Positions 1 to 9,759 of a DNA stretch of 64,000 bases are shown here, piece after piece. This DNA comes from a bacterium (GTDB lineage: Bacteria > Hinthialibacterota > Hinthialibacteria > Hinthialibacterales > Hinthialibacteraceae). Made by a program: the position numbers and the translations under genes. The stretch covers positions 1,248,001-1,312,000 of the forward strand of contig CAXXMV010000006.1 in assembly GCA_963662285.2 (NCBI GenBank), in the 5' to 3' direction. How positions within the stretch are numbered: position 1 is the first letter of the stretch; each line of letters begins with the position of its first letter. A model generated the notes under the pieces. That model was not told the origin of the DNA, ran no database searches, and worked only from the letters and a program-made list of their open reading frames with translations.

Positions 1-344
1 AGCATCCAGCAGTGACAAATCAGACGGTCTATGTTGAACCATGCGGTTATAACATGAAAACCGGAGAAATCGTCACCAAAGGCATGGGACGCCATAGCGG
101 TTGCGCTACCTATGCGGCCACTTCGGATGCATTGATATACCGGGGCGACTCGCGGCGCATATCCATGTGGGATTTTGAAACGGGCAAAGTTTCCAGTTGG
201 TATAACTTACGCCCCAGTTGCTGGTTGAGCGTCATCCCGGCTGGTGGAATGATTCTGGCGCCGGAAGGCGGCGGCGGTTGCAGCTGCGGCAACTGGTTGG
301 AAACATCCGTGGGATTCATGCCCATTAAAGAGAACATTCAATAG
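1..344 (+). CDS. C-terminal part of a PQQ-binding-like beta-propeller protein (5' end outside window)
   Basis: The frame is open back to base 3. It ends with LRPSCWLSVIPAGGMILAPEGGGGCSC, the typical C-terminus of planctomycete-type PQQ/BamB-like proteins. Confidence 0.75.
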   Translation, partial: HPAVTNQTVYVEPCGYNMKTGEIVTKGMGRHSGCATYAATSDALIYRGDSRRISMWDFETGKVSSWYNLRPSCWLSVIPAGGMILAPEGGGGCSCGNWLETSVGFMPIKENIQ

Positions 345-367
345 TAGAATTAAAAAGGAAATCCAAA

Positions 368-1828
368 ATGCGTTCAATAATAATTACAATAAATATACTC
401 TTCGCTTTCTCTTTATGCGGGTGGTCGGAAGACTGGTCCACCTATCGCCACGATAACCGGAGAAGCGCTATAACCTCTGAATCGGTCAAGTTTCCTTTAA
501 AGGAATTGTGGACTTATTCGTCAAGCATCCCTCCTCAAACCGCATGGTCTGGACCGGCCAAATGGGATTCGTACGCTAATCTTATTAACCTGAAATCCAT
601 GCGCGACTTTGATCCGGTTTATTATACCATTGTTGTAGAGAACCGGGTTTTCTGGGGTTCTTCGGTGGATGATGCAGTGCATTGCGCCAGACTGAGTGAT
701 GGTAAGGAGCAATGGGCGTATTGTACTGATGGTCCGGTTCGAGTCGCTCCATCCTGGTATGAAGGCAAGGTATACTTTGGCTCCGATGATGGATATGCAT
801 ATTGCGTAAATGCGGATAATGGCAAGTTGGTCTGGTCGTATAAACCGTCGCCTGAATCGAAAAAGATTCCCAGCGATGGGAAATTAATATCGCCCTGGCC
901 CTGCCGCACCGGCGCATTCGTTCAAAATGGCATTGTATATTTCGCCGCCTCACTGTTGCCTTGGGAAGATTCATACCTATGCGCGGTAGATGCCAAAACC
1001 GGCTCAGATCAAGGCGAAGGATTGTATAAGATCAAGCATGCGCAATCTGCTATGCAGAGCGCTATTTTGGCTTCTGAGAAGAATCTTTATTTGTCGCACG
1101 GACGTCAGCAACCCCAAGTTTATGATATAGGATCAGGACGAAAGGTTGGCGTGATCGGTGACAGCGGTGATGGCGGGTCTTACGCCATCTTGACCGAAGA
1201 TGATATATTGATTCATGGCCGGGGGCAAAACCACGACACTGATGGAGAACTGAGAGGATTTAACGCCCAAACCAAAGATCATCTGGCCACTTTTCCCAAT
1301 GCCAATTGCATGGTGATTCAAAAAGAGATTGCCTATCTGCATTCTAATGGCAAACTGACTGCTTTTGATCGAGCCAAAAACATGTTGTTGCAGTCCAACA
1401 AACTTAAATTGCAGAGTGATGAAGAAAGATATACCAAAGAATTCAAGAAATTAAAAGATCCTAAAGGCGATACGGAAGCCGGGAAAAAACTGCTGGAAAC
1501 AATCAGCGCAGTGCAGGTGCAGATTAAAGCCATTAATCAACAACTGCCATCAACTTTTAATTGGAAAATTGATGTCCCGTTTTTTCATTCGATGATCCTG
1601 GCCGATGATGCTTTGATTCTTGGCGGGGAGAACCTTGTCGCGGCGTATAATATATCCAATGGCGAGCAGCTTTGGAGCGCAGCAGTGGAGGGCAATGTGC
1701 ATGGTTTGACTTACGCCAATGGTCATCTAGTGGTGAGCACTGATCTTGGTAAGATAGTATGTTTCGCAGGATTAAGCCAAAGCAGTTCTAACAGTTTGAA
1801 ATTAGGAGCGCTTTTGGGGATTAGGTGA
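368..1828 (+). CDS. Secreted PQQ-binding-like (BamB-family) beta-propeller repeat protein
   Basis: Signal peptide, DWSTYRHDNRRS start motif, repeated GSxDxxxxC.....G...W blades, SD AAGGA upstream. Confidence 0.8.
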   Translation: MRSIIITINILFAFSLCGWSEDWSTYRHDNRRSAITSESVKFPLKELWTYSSSIPPQTAWSGPAKWDSYANLINLKSMRDFDPVYYTIVVENRVFWGSSVDDAVHCARLSDGKEQWAYCTDGPVRVAPSWYEGKVYFGSDDGYAYCVNADNGKLVWSYKPSPESKKIPSDGKLISPWPCRTGAFVQNGIVYFAASLLPWEDSYLCAVDAKTGSDQGEGLYKIKHAQSAMQSAILASEKNLYLSHGRQQPQVYDIGSGRKVGVIGDSGDGGSYAILTEDDILIHGRGQNHDTDGELRGFNAQTKDHLATFPNANCMVIQKEIAYLHSNGKLTAFDRAKNMLLQSNKLKLQSDEERYTKEFKKLKDPKGDTEAGKKLLETISAVQVQIKAINQQLPSTFNWKIDVPFFHSMILADDALILGGENLVAAYNISNGEQLWSAAVEGNVHGLTYANGHLVVSTDLGKIVCFAGLSQSSSNSLKLGALLGIR

Positions 1829-1846
1829 GTGGTGCAGGGCGCAGAT

Positions 1847-2204
1847 GTAGGGTGCGCCTCTTGTGGGCGCCCGTAATTTTCAATCGCCCTTTGTGTTGAA
1901 TTTGAATTATTATAGTTCGTGAGTGGCTCAGGGCGCCCATGAAAGACGCCCCTACGGGTTTGGTTTGGATAGAGGTTTTAATAAAACCGTAGGTGGCAGC
2001 ATCAAGGGCTGACCGCGATGCGGTCTTGCCCTTGGCACCCGTTAATCGCCCTTTGTGTTGAATTTGAATTATTATAGTTCGTGAGTGGCTCAGGGCGCCC
2101 ATGAAAGACGCCCCTACGGGTTTGGTTTGGATAGAAGTTTTAATAAAACCGTAGGTGGCAGCATCAAGGGCTGACCGCTATGCGGTCTTGCCCTTGGCGC
2201 CCGT
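1847..2204. repeat. Composite REP/BIME-like cluster with a 162-bp tandem duplication
   Basis: 1882-2043 is repeated almost exactly at 2044-2204. GTAG-type palindromes lie at 1847-1872 (+) and at 1931-1955 and 2093-2117 (-). The 40-bp hairpin ATCAAGGGCTGACCGC..GCGGTCTTGCCCTTGGC[AG]CCC lies at 2001-2040 and 2163-2202. Confidence 0.9.
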
Positions 2205-2249
2205 CTAAGGTTTTGGATAGTTTGTGGTTTTAATCTGATTATATGGAGA

Positions 2250-4070
2250 GTGTTTATGAAGAATTTACATCATTTACTTTTTGAGCGGTTGGTTATCTGT
2301 GTAATTGCGGTTTGTTTTCTAGGCAGCGTTTGGGTGGATGCAGCTGATCCGCCAAGAATGAAACGGGCTGATGCATTTCTTGGAATCCATTTTGATTTCC
2401 ATGCAGGAGAAGACTGCAAGCGCGTTGGCGAGCGTACCACGCCGGAGATGATCGAGACGGTCATCGACAAAGTTAAACCAGACTACATTCAAATCGATTG
2501 CAAGGGGCATCGCGGCTTCTCCAGTTATCCGACCAAGGTGGGGAATCCGGCGCCCGGATTCGTCGGCGACCCATTGCGTATCTGGCGGAATGTAACAGCG
2601 AAGCGGGGGATGCCTCTGTTCATGCATTACTCAGGCGTTTGGGATTTCGAGGCGGTCGCCAAGCATCCAGAATGGGCTGCGGTCAATGCAGACGGGAAGC
2701 CTAACGATAAAGCGACTTCAGTATTTGGAGCGTATGCCGATGAATTGATGATTCCACAACTAAGGGAATTGGCCGGCGAGTATGGCGTTGACGGAGTTTG
2801 GGTCGACGGCGATTGCTGGGGAACTGTAGCTGACTATGGCGAGAAGGCCGTTCGAGAATTTTGTGAACAAACCGGCGCCAAGGCGGCGCCGCGCGAGAAG
2901 GGTGAGCCTTATTGGGACGAATGGATGAATTTCAACCGCGAGGGTTTCCGCCGTTATGTGCGCCATTATGTAGACGAAATGAAAGCGTCCCACCCGGATT
3001 TCCAAGTTATCAGCAATTGGGCGTTCAGCGATCATATGCCAGAAGCGGTTACCGCGGATGTGGCAAGTTTGTCGGGTGATTTCTCACCGGATGACAGTTT
3101 AAACTCGGCGCGTTTCGCCGGACGGTGCCTCGAAGATCAGGACACGCCTTGGGATTTAATGTCGTGGTCGTTCAGCCGCAGAACAGGTAAACAGAAACCG
3201 GCTATTCAACTTATGCAGGAAGCGTCTCTGGTACTTGCGCTGGGCGGCGGATATCAGGCTTATTTTAAGCAGGATCGAGATGGCGCGGTTCGCGATCTGG
3301 CTGAAATGGACGTCATGGCTGAAGTCGCCAGGTTTTGTCGTGATCGCCAGGCGTACTGTCATCGATCAGTAGCCGCGCCGCAGATTGCGCTGCTCTATTC
3401 TACGGCTGGACATTACCGGGAATCTCCCAGGCTTTTCCACTGGAGCGGCGCTAATGGCGTTAAGGTACTGCGGCAAGCGCTGACTCAGATTCTTGAGAAT
3501 CAATATGGAGTACAGATACTCAGCGAGCACCAACTGAAAGGGAATGCATCCAACTGGCCTGTTATCGTTGTGCCGGGGTGGGAGTATCTTGAGTCAGATT
3601 TTCGCGACGAATTGGCGTCATACGCCAAATCCGGCGGCAGTCTGCTGTTGATTGGTTCCGGGCCGGAGAAACTCTTCAAAACCGAGTTGGGCGAAAAAGC
3701 CGATTACTCCATCGCCCTGGTTGATCAGGTTGACGATGAATTTCCAAAAGTACTCAGTAAGGTATTCCCTGAACCGATAGTTGAAATCACTGGCGCCAAG
3801 GATGTTGATGTTAGTCCACGCATGTTGAATGGAAAACTGGCGATTCACCTGGTAAATACATCAGGTCCGCACGCCAATGCGCCGGATGGCGGCATCACAG
3901 AGGTTAAGCCTCTTGGACCACTGAACGTATCGATTAGTTTGGATAAGGCTCCGAAGGCTGTTATGATGCAGCCGGAAGGAAAATCGCTCGAGATGAAATG
4001 GGCTAAAGGCAAGGCAACGGTTATAGTACCGCGCCTGGAACTCTATTCAATTTTGGTTGTTAACGATTGA
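2250..4070 (+). CDS. Secreted glycoside hydrolase-like protein (GHL6 / alpha-L-fucosidase-like TIM barrel plus trimerisation-like domain)
   Basis: Signal peptide; LGIHFDFH, IQIDCKGHRGFSSYPTKVG and DGVWVDGDCW motifs. Likely ATG at 2256. Confidence 0.7.
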   Translation: MFMKNLHHLLFERLVICVIAVCFLGSVWVDAADPPRMKRADAFLGIHFDFHAGEDCKRVGERTTPEMIETVIDKVKPDYIQIDCKGHRGFSSYPTKVGNPAPGFVGDPLRIWRNVTAKRGMPLFMHYSGVWDFEAVAKHPEWAAVNADGKPNDKATSVFGAYADELMIPQLRELAGEYGVDGVWVDGDCWGTVADYGEKAVREFCEQTGAKAAPREKGEPYWDEWMNFNREGFRRYVRHYVDEMKASHPDFQVISNWAFSDHMPEAVTADVASLSGDFSPDDSLNSARFAGRCLEDQDTPWDLMSWSFSRRTGKQKPAIQLMQEASLVLALGGGYQAYFKQDRDGAVRDLAEMDVMAEVARFCRDRQAYCHRSVAAPQIALLYSTAGHYRESPRLFHWSGANGVKVLRQALTQILENQYGVQILSEHQLKGNASNWPVIVVPGWEYLESDFRDELASYAKSGGSLLLIGSGPEKLFKTELGEKADYSIALVDQVDDEFPKVLSKVFPEPIVEITGAKDVDVSPRMLNGKLAIHLVNTSGPHANAPDGGITEVKPLGPLNVSISLDKAPKAVMMQPEGKSLEMKWAKGKATVIVPRLELYSILVVND

Positions 4071-4093
4071 TTGGAATACTCAATAAAAAATTC

Positions 4094-4134
4094 AATACCC
4101 CATGTGAACTGAGTGTACATGGGGTATTTTTTTT
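4094..4134 (+). terminator. Rho-independent terminator
   Basis: AATACCCCATGT...ACATGGGGTATT followed by a T run, just after the 2250-4070 stop. Confidence 0.8.
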
Positions 4135-4176
4135 AGATAACAAGGCGTGTTTTTGGTGGGTTGGTGAGGCGCTGAT

Positions 4177-4390
4177 CCTACGCGTGGGTGGTGTTTGGTG
4201 GGCTACGCTATCGCTTTTAGCCCACCCTACGCGTGGGTGATGTTTGGTGGGCTACGCTATCGCTTTTAGCCCACCCTACGCGTGGGTGATGTTTGGTGGG
4301 CTACGCTATCGCTTTTAGCCCACCCTACGCGTGGGTGGTGTTTGGTGGGCTACGCTATCGCTTTTAGCCCACCCTACGCGTGGGTGGTGT
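4177..4390 (-). repeat. Tandem array of a 49-bp unit containing a GTAG-type REP (4 full copies plus a partial one)
   Basis: CCTAC recurs at 4177, 4226, 4275, 4324 and 4373. The minus strand reads GTAGGGTGGGCTAAAAGCGATAGCGTAGCCCACC (hairpin). There are no unique spacers. Confidence 0.92.
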
Positions 4391-4444
4391 ATTACAACAG
4401 AGGATTTTCCACTTGGATATATGGGGATGATTATGATAATCGAT

Positions 4445-5113
4445 TCACCGTCGGATAACATCAATGGTGACGGTGTAATTTCCATCGTTATCTGCGGAGG
4501 CGCCGGGATAATCCAACATGGCGAGATAGAGTATTCTTGCTCCACGAGGCGCTTTGATCTGAGTATGTCTTCCAATTAAGAATGGTTCTTTTGAATTATC
4601 AAATACTCCCACCAGTGATCCAATCAATCCTTCATATTCCCGTAAGTTCAGGATAGGCTCGGTTTTTACCCAAATGCCCGATTGAGTCCATCCTTGAGGT
4701 CCATAAACAACAGAACGCAATGGAAGGTGACGCGCCTTACCGGTGGCGTGTATATCAAGCGTCTCTCCGCCGATAATCACGCCTTCCAACGCCGTTACTG
4801 GAGAGTTATCTGGAACCCGGTCGATGCATTCATCTTCAGGATATTCAATTACAACTCCTTCTTCGGCGCCAGTTAGAAATATGTCGGTGGTGGCAGAAAC
4901 AATCAATACTTCTGTTTTCAGATGTCCATATTGTTGAGAGGGATCTAGAATGCTGGGAGTATTGAGGAAATCTTTTGGTTTAAGAAAACCTTCTGGTTTA
5001 AGAAAACCATCTAGTTGCTTATTGCAGCCATGCATTGTAAAAAAAGCAATGCATATCCAGGAGAATAACCAGGATTTATGTGATTTCAAAAATCTGGAAA
5101 ATATACTGTACAT
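4445..5113 (-). CDS. Hypothetical lipoprotein with a LecA/PA-IL-like jelly-roll C-terminal domain
   Basis: Hydrophobic N-terminus with a possible lipobox Cys (MHGC); GSLVGVF..PFLIG..LYLAMLD..DNDGNYTVTI pattern; short internal repeat GFLKP x2. Confidence 0.5.
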   Translation of the reverse strand: MYSIFSRFLKSHKSWLFSWICIAFFTMHGCNKQLDGFLKPEGFLKPKDFLNTPSILDPSQQYGHLKTEVLIVSATTDIFLTGAEEGVVIEYPEDECIDRVPDNSPVTALEGVIIGGETLDIHATGKARHLPLRSVVYGPQGWTQSGIWVKTEPILNLREYEGLIGSLVGVFDNSKEPFLIGRHTQIKAPRGARILYLAMLDYPGASADNDGNYTVTIDVIRR

Positions 5114-5416
5114 TTATTTACTCGAACCCTCAAAAGACGCAATAGCGAATGCATAAAAGAAAAATTACGTAAAAACAAATTATAAAAAAATCAAAAAGCA
5201 AAAACCAATATATCATTTCAAAATACTATATATATTAACAATCGCTCTATCGCACTTGGTAAAAGAAAAGATCGCTAGTTGTCTGATCTAATGATAAGTT
5301 CATACTATACAGACTTTTAACAAGCGCTACCCTCAGTATATTATAACAACAAGGACGAAATTGTCCCATAAAAAATTCAATCTTTTTTCAATAAAATAAA
5401 TACCGCTCAAACTACG

Positions 5417-5451
5417 CTTCAAAAAAGCCTGAAAGACAGGCTTTTTTGAAG
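5417..5451. terminator. Bidirectional-type intrinsic terminator
   Basis: CTTCAAAAAAGCCTG-AAAGA-CAGGCTTTTTTGAAG, downstream of the MFS gene. Confidence 0.8.
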
Positions 5452-5490
5452 GTATAGATTATTGAATAAGAACGAAATACTGGATGTAAC

Positions 5491-6765
5491 TTAACTGTTT
5501 TGTTCGATATTTTCTTCTGGATCCTTGAAGAACAGAAGGAAAACCGCTGAGCAAATTACGGTCAGGACGCATGGAACCAGGAATAATCCGGTGTAATTGA
5601 TCACAGCAGGCTCTACCGAAGTATTTGTAAACATACCCTGAATCCATCCTACCAGGTAACCGCCAAGGGTTAATCCCAGCCCGAAAGTGACTTGGAAATA
5701 TAAACTTTGGGCGGAAGCGCGGATATTGGCCGGAGCGATTTTATCTACATATATTTGTCCTACGATGAAGAAGAAGACATAGCAGATGCCATGCAATGGT
5801 AGAACGGCGATAATTAACCAGGATGGTTGTCCCAGAGCAAAGACGGCGTAACGAATCGGCCAGGCTATGATGCCGATAGCTATGGTTTTGCGAATGCCTA
5901 ATCGGGGTAAGGCGAAAGGTAGAATTAAAAGAAGCGTGAACAACTCACCGACCTGAGCGATGATGGTGCAAGCGGGAACCCATTCTTTGGAAATCATGGT
6001 CTCAAGAAAACCGGGAGTGGGAATGTAATAGAACATCAATTCGGTAGATACTACCAGAGATAGGATCATGAAAAAGGCGAAGTTTGGATTGATGAACAAC
6101 TTAAAGGCTTCGACGAAAGCAAAGGGATTCTGGGCTTCTTTTGCAGGAGGCGTGTTTGGCAAAGTGAAGCAGAAGATGCCCATGATTATGGAAAAGACGC
6201 CGGCCAGAGTAAATAATTTACTTTCTATTGAAAGGTATGAGGCGATTTGTGCGGCTTGTTCTGATGCGGGCAATTGAAAAATCTCATCCCATTTAACGCC
6301 AAATGGTTGAAGGTATTTCCACCATAGAGTTAGAAGTAAGCCTGCAACTACCCAACCGATAGTGCCGAAAGAGCGTACGATGCCGAAATCTTTTTCTTTA
6401 TCTTTTAAATGATGGAAACAAATAGAATTGGTCAAAGCCAATGTGGGGGCATAAAGCAACGAATATAGAAACATATAAGTCCACATGGAGCCAAATACTT
6501 GGATTCGGGCTATGTATAAAAGCAGTACGCCGCCGATAATATGGACAATAGCCAGGAAGACCTGGGTCGGCATCCAACGGTCAGCAATTTGTCCACCTAT
6601 AAAAGGCGAAATTAAACTGGCCAGGGTGAATACGGCGAAAATGCCGCCTACCTGCATCCCGGTAAATCCAAGATGGGTTAAATAAGGCCCTAAAGTGATG
6701 TACCACAATCCCCAGATGATGTATTGTAGGAACATCATGATGCTAAAACGAATTTTCAAACTCAT
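5491..6765 (-). CDS. MFS transporter, nucleoside:H+ symporter (NupG/XapB-like) family
   Basis: Multiple hydrophobic helices (MFS 12-TM-type layout); MMFLQYIIWGLW, GQIADRW, RSFGTIGW and LHGICYVFF motifs. Confidence 0.85.
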   Translation of the reverse strand: MSLKIRFSIMMFLQYIIWGLWYITLGPYLTHLGFTGMQVGGIFAVFTLASLISPFIGGQIADRWMPTQVFLAIVHIIGGVLLLYIARIQVFGSMWTYMFLYSLLYAPTLALTNSICFHHLKDKEKDFGIVRSFGTIGWVVAGLLLTLWWKYLQPFGVKWDEIFQLPASEQAAQIASYLSIESKLFTLAGVFSIIMGIFCFTLPNTPPAKEAQNPFAFVEAFKLFINPNFAFFMILSLVVSTELMFYYIPTPGFLETMISKEWVPACTIIAQVGELFTLLLILPFALPRLGIRKTIAIGIIAWPIRYAVFALGQPSWLIIAVLPLHGICYVFFFIVGQIYVDKIAPANIRASAQSLYFQVTFGLGLTLGGYLVGWIQGMFTNTSVEPAVINYTGLFLVPCVLTVICSAVFLLFFKDPEENIEQNS

Positions 6766-6846
6766 TGCGTCCTCCAGGATATTTATTGATGATTATCTAT
6801 AAGTTAAACAATTTGATGCTATTACAAATGGTTTAATCTGATGCGG

Positions 6847-6999
6847 CTAGAAAATTGTATAGATGAAAGGCGCTATGACCGGGTTTGAAGTCAAAAGGAT
6901 CAATGCGCTTAACGCCAAAATAACCAATATAATAGGCAGCAGCCAATATTTCTTACGCTCTTTTAAGAAAGCCCAGAATTCTAATAATAAATCATACAT
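6847..6999 (-). CDS. DUF5989 (SxtK-like) small membrane protein, 50 aa, absent from the ORF track
   Basis: Manual translation: MYDLLLEFWAFLKERKKYWLLPIILVILALSALILLTSNPVIAPFIYTIF*. The ERKKYWLLP and APFIYT(L/I)F signatures match the family. Confidence 0.85.
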   Translation of the reverse strand: MYDLLLEFWAFLKERKKYWLLPIILVILALSALILLTSNPVIAPFIYTIF

Positions 7000-7102
7000 A
7001 GTTACAAATTTCCATTTTCTAATAATTTAAGAATAAACCTGAACATTATACACTGGACTTATACGGTCTTGCTAGTTGTACCAGAACCCTGACAATGTTC
7101 TC

Positions 7103-8137
7103 TCATTTATGGCCTGAGATTGCGATCCGTAGATCGAGCAATATATCCATCATGATTGATGAAGGATTCACATAGCGCTCATGAACTTTAAGCGCATCCA
7201 GGATTCGTTCCATGACTCCCGTCAGTTGATCCAGTTTAGCTCCTTGCCATAATTTTTGCAGGTCTTTTTGGCGGTCAGGATTCTCAAACTGCGATGAATC
7301 GCCTCCAGAAAGCGCAACAATGCCATCACGAACAATGCGGAAAAGAATGGTCAGGTTGTCGGGCAGGTCATCGCGGGCTTTAGCGATTTCATCAGCTGAA
7401 TCAACCACGTAGGACTCTTTCTGCTTGATCTTGAGCAGAAATTCCAGCATCCAGTCGCGTTTGTCGAGGTATCCCTCTTCAATAAGTTTGTGAGCCTGTT
7501 CCGGCAACCCTCCGGCGGCGCGGGCAATTGCTGTGGCCTGGGCGAATGATAGTTCGTCCGGCAGCGATTTAGCGAGCGACTCAATCTCCAACGGCATCAG
7601 ACGCACCGACCAGCACCGTGAACGGATGGTTGGCAAAATACCTGCTACGCGGTCGGTTAGAAGCAGGAACCGGATATGGTCATGCGGCTCTTCTAATATT
7701 TTGAGCAGGCTGTTGGATGAAGATTCATTCATGCTATGGGCGTCATGAATGATGAAGAACTTTTTATCTCCCTCATAGGGCAGATGAAGAGCCTGTTCCT
7801 GCATTACTCTCATGTGGGCTACGGAATATTGGTTCTTTTTACGTTGTTGTCTTTTTTCTAATTTTTTTTTATCTTCGCTCCAGTCTTCCCACGGATGCAT
7901 TTCGATGACGTCCGGGTAAATGCCTTGCTCTATCTTTCTGCAATTGGGGCATTCTCCACAGAATTCATCTTGATTAATTTGGCATATATAAGTCATCACG
8001 ATTGCCCGTGCGACCTCTGATTGACCGGCGCCGGGCGGTCCGTAAATCAGAGAGGTGCGGCCGAATATCCCCCGGCTGATGGCGCGGGTAATTTTTTTGT
8101 GAACCGTGGTATGACAGGGTACTTTATCCCAAGGCAT
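7103..8137 (-). CDS. holB: DNA polymerase III subunit delta'
   Basis: Degenerate P-loop YGPPGAGQ, zinc module C..CGECPNC, NSLLKILEEP and LPTIRSRC (SRC motif). Confidence 0.9.
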   Translation of the reverse strand: MPWDKVPCHTTVHKKITRAISRGIFGRTSLIYGPPGAGQSEVARAIVMTYICQINQDEFCGECPNCRKIEQGIYPDVIEMHPWEDWSEDKKKLEKRQQRKKNQYSVAHMRVMQEQALHLPYEGDKKFFIIHDAHSMNESSSNSLLKILEEPHDHIRFLLLTDRVAGILPTIRSRCWSVRLMPLEIESLAKSLPDELSFAQATAIARAAGGLPEQAHKLIEEGYLDKRDWMLEFLLKIKQKESYVVDSADEIAKARDDLPDNLTILFRIVRDGIVALSGGDSSQFENPDRQKDLQKLWQGAKLDQLTGVMERILDALKVHERYVNPSSIMMDILLDLRIAISGHK

Positions 8138-8311
8138 AATATTGTTTGAGAGATAATTGGTTTTTTGCTGAGCGGTTTATATAATATATTTTGATAATCG
8201 CTCTAATCATAGCCTTGAATAATCCAGGGCAGTTTGGCTATGCTAGATATATCTCTTCTCTGCGATAATATTGGGGGGAAGCGTTAAAAAGTCAAGCAAC
8301 CGCTATTATGT

Positions 8312-9577
8312 TTGTGGAGATTTCCGTTGCGCATTTATCAAATAATTACTCTAATCATTATGTTAATCGTTGTTATCGGTATAATTCTATTTCGCGTCAT
8401 CGCGGTTAATCCATTGATATCACAACCGGATATCCAGATTGATCCCAATGAATATCGTGCAGATATTTCACTACGCTGCCTCAACAGCCGATTTAATGCT
8501 GATGTTATTTTTGTTACTGATCCCGAAACTCCCCTTCAATTTCAATACGACCTGAAACTGATTAAAAATCCTCCGGAAGGGTATTTGCCAGCTCCATCCG
8601 ATCAGGCATGGAGCGTTACATCCGGAATGATTGAAGAACGCGGCGGCAAGGCCTACTGGAAAGGAGGATTGGAAGGATTGCAAATTATCAGCATATCCGG
8701 CCAGGTTAAATTTATCCCCCCTGATCAGGATGGTCTATTCGCCCGGAAATTACCGGAGATTAAAATACCTTATGAAGCCTCCCTCAAATGTTTTTTCCCT
8801 AGAAGGGTAGATTCAATAGTTGATGGGAAAGTTAATGGTTTTAAAGTCGGGATATATCCCGATCCAACTGATCCTGAACATCTTAAAAAAACAGCCAATG
8901 CAGAGTCGGTTAAAGCGCATCAACAGGTTTATCAACCGCCGAAATATTTCTATCCCGTCACTCCTGATACGTATCGGCTTAAGATATTCAAAGATTATAC
9001 GTTGGGTGAATTTGATCTTGATCCACGATTTATCAAACTGACCTATCCGCGCTATGTCGCTATTAATCCCAAGATTTTCACCAAACTGGAGATGTTGGAG
9101 GAGGTCGTTCGCAGCCAGGGCGTCAAACTCTCGAAATTCAAAATTTTCTATGGATACCGTTCACCGTTGTACAACATCGGTTCGCGTGAGAATGACGGCG
9201 ACACGACCTTGAAGAGTCCTTTTTCGACTCACATGTATGGTTTGGCGGTGGATATCATGATCGATGAAGACGATGATCTTGTGATTGATGACCTGAATCG
9301 CGACGGGAAGATTACTCATGCGGATGCTGTAGTGTTGCTGAGGTACGTCAATATTCTGGATAATAAACTGCAAGAAGAGAAAAGCGACCTGTTGGGCGGC
9401 GCCGGATCATATATCCATCATGATTTCTGGGAACGGGGCGAGTATGTCCAATCGCCTTATGTCCATATTGATGTTAGGGGATACCGCGCCCGCTGGGGCG
9501 CCAAGGACTCAATAGGCATTCTCAAAGAGAAAGAACCATACCGTTTGAAAAAGCCGATTCCGAACTGGCCTTTCTAG
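8312..9577 (+). CDS. Membrane-anchored peptidase M15-like (D-Ala-D-Ala/LAS-type) metallopeptidase
   Basis: N-terminal TM; GYRSPLYN, STHMYGLAVDI (H-x6-D) and VHIDVRG zinc motifs; EF-hand-like DDLNRDGKI insert. Confidence 0.7.
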   Translation: MWRFPLRIYQIITLIIMLIVVIGIILFRVIAVNPLISQPDIQIDPNEYRADISLRCLNSRFNADVIFVTDPETPLQFQYDLKLIKNPPEGYLPAPSDQAWSVTSGMIEERGGKAYWKGGLEGLQIISISGQVKFIPPDQDGLFARKLPEIKIPYEASLKCFFPRRVDSIVDGKVNGFKVGIYPDPTDPEHLKKTANAESVKAHQQVYQPPKYFYPVTPDTYRLKIFKDYTLGEFDLDPRFIKLTYPRYVAINPKIFTKLEMLEEVVRSQGVKLSKFKIFYGYRSPLYNIGSRENDGDTTLKSPFSTHMYGLAVDIMIDEDDDLVIDDLNRDGKITHADAVVLLRYVNILDNKLQEEKSDLLGGAGSYIHHDFWERGEYVQSPYVHIDVRGYRARWGAKDSIGILKEKEPYRLKKPIPNWPF

Positions 9578-9759
9578 AATTCGTTACTCTGAGCTTAATT
9601 AATTATTATCCAAATGCTTTATTGAAGATTTAACTTCATCTGGGATTGTATCTTGAGCGGATTTGTTGGAAAATTAAAAGAAGGTTAGTCATATATATAG
9701 GTCAAACGATGATTACGTAAACTTGGTACACAAACTATTTGTTGGATTGGAGAAACAGA

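Noticed and set aside
1821-2102. 93-aa ORF with an internal repeat
   Set aside because: Translation of the 162-bp REP duplication; not a credible protein.
4177-4390. CRISPR array
   Set aside because: The inter-repeat segments are short and essentially identical, the unit is a GTAG REP hairpin, and no cas genes are present.
4315-4579. ORFs 4315-4575 (-) and 4331-4579 (+)
   Set aside because: They overlap the REP array and the 3' end of the 4445-5113 gene.
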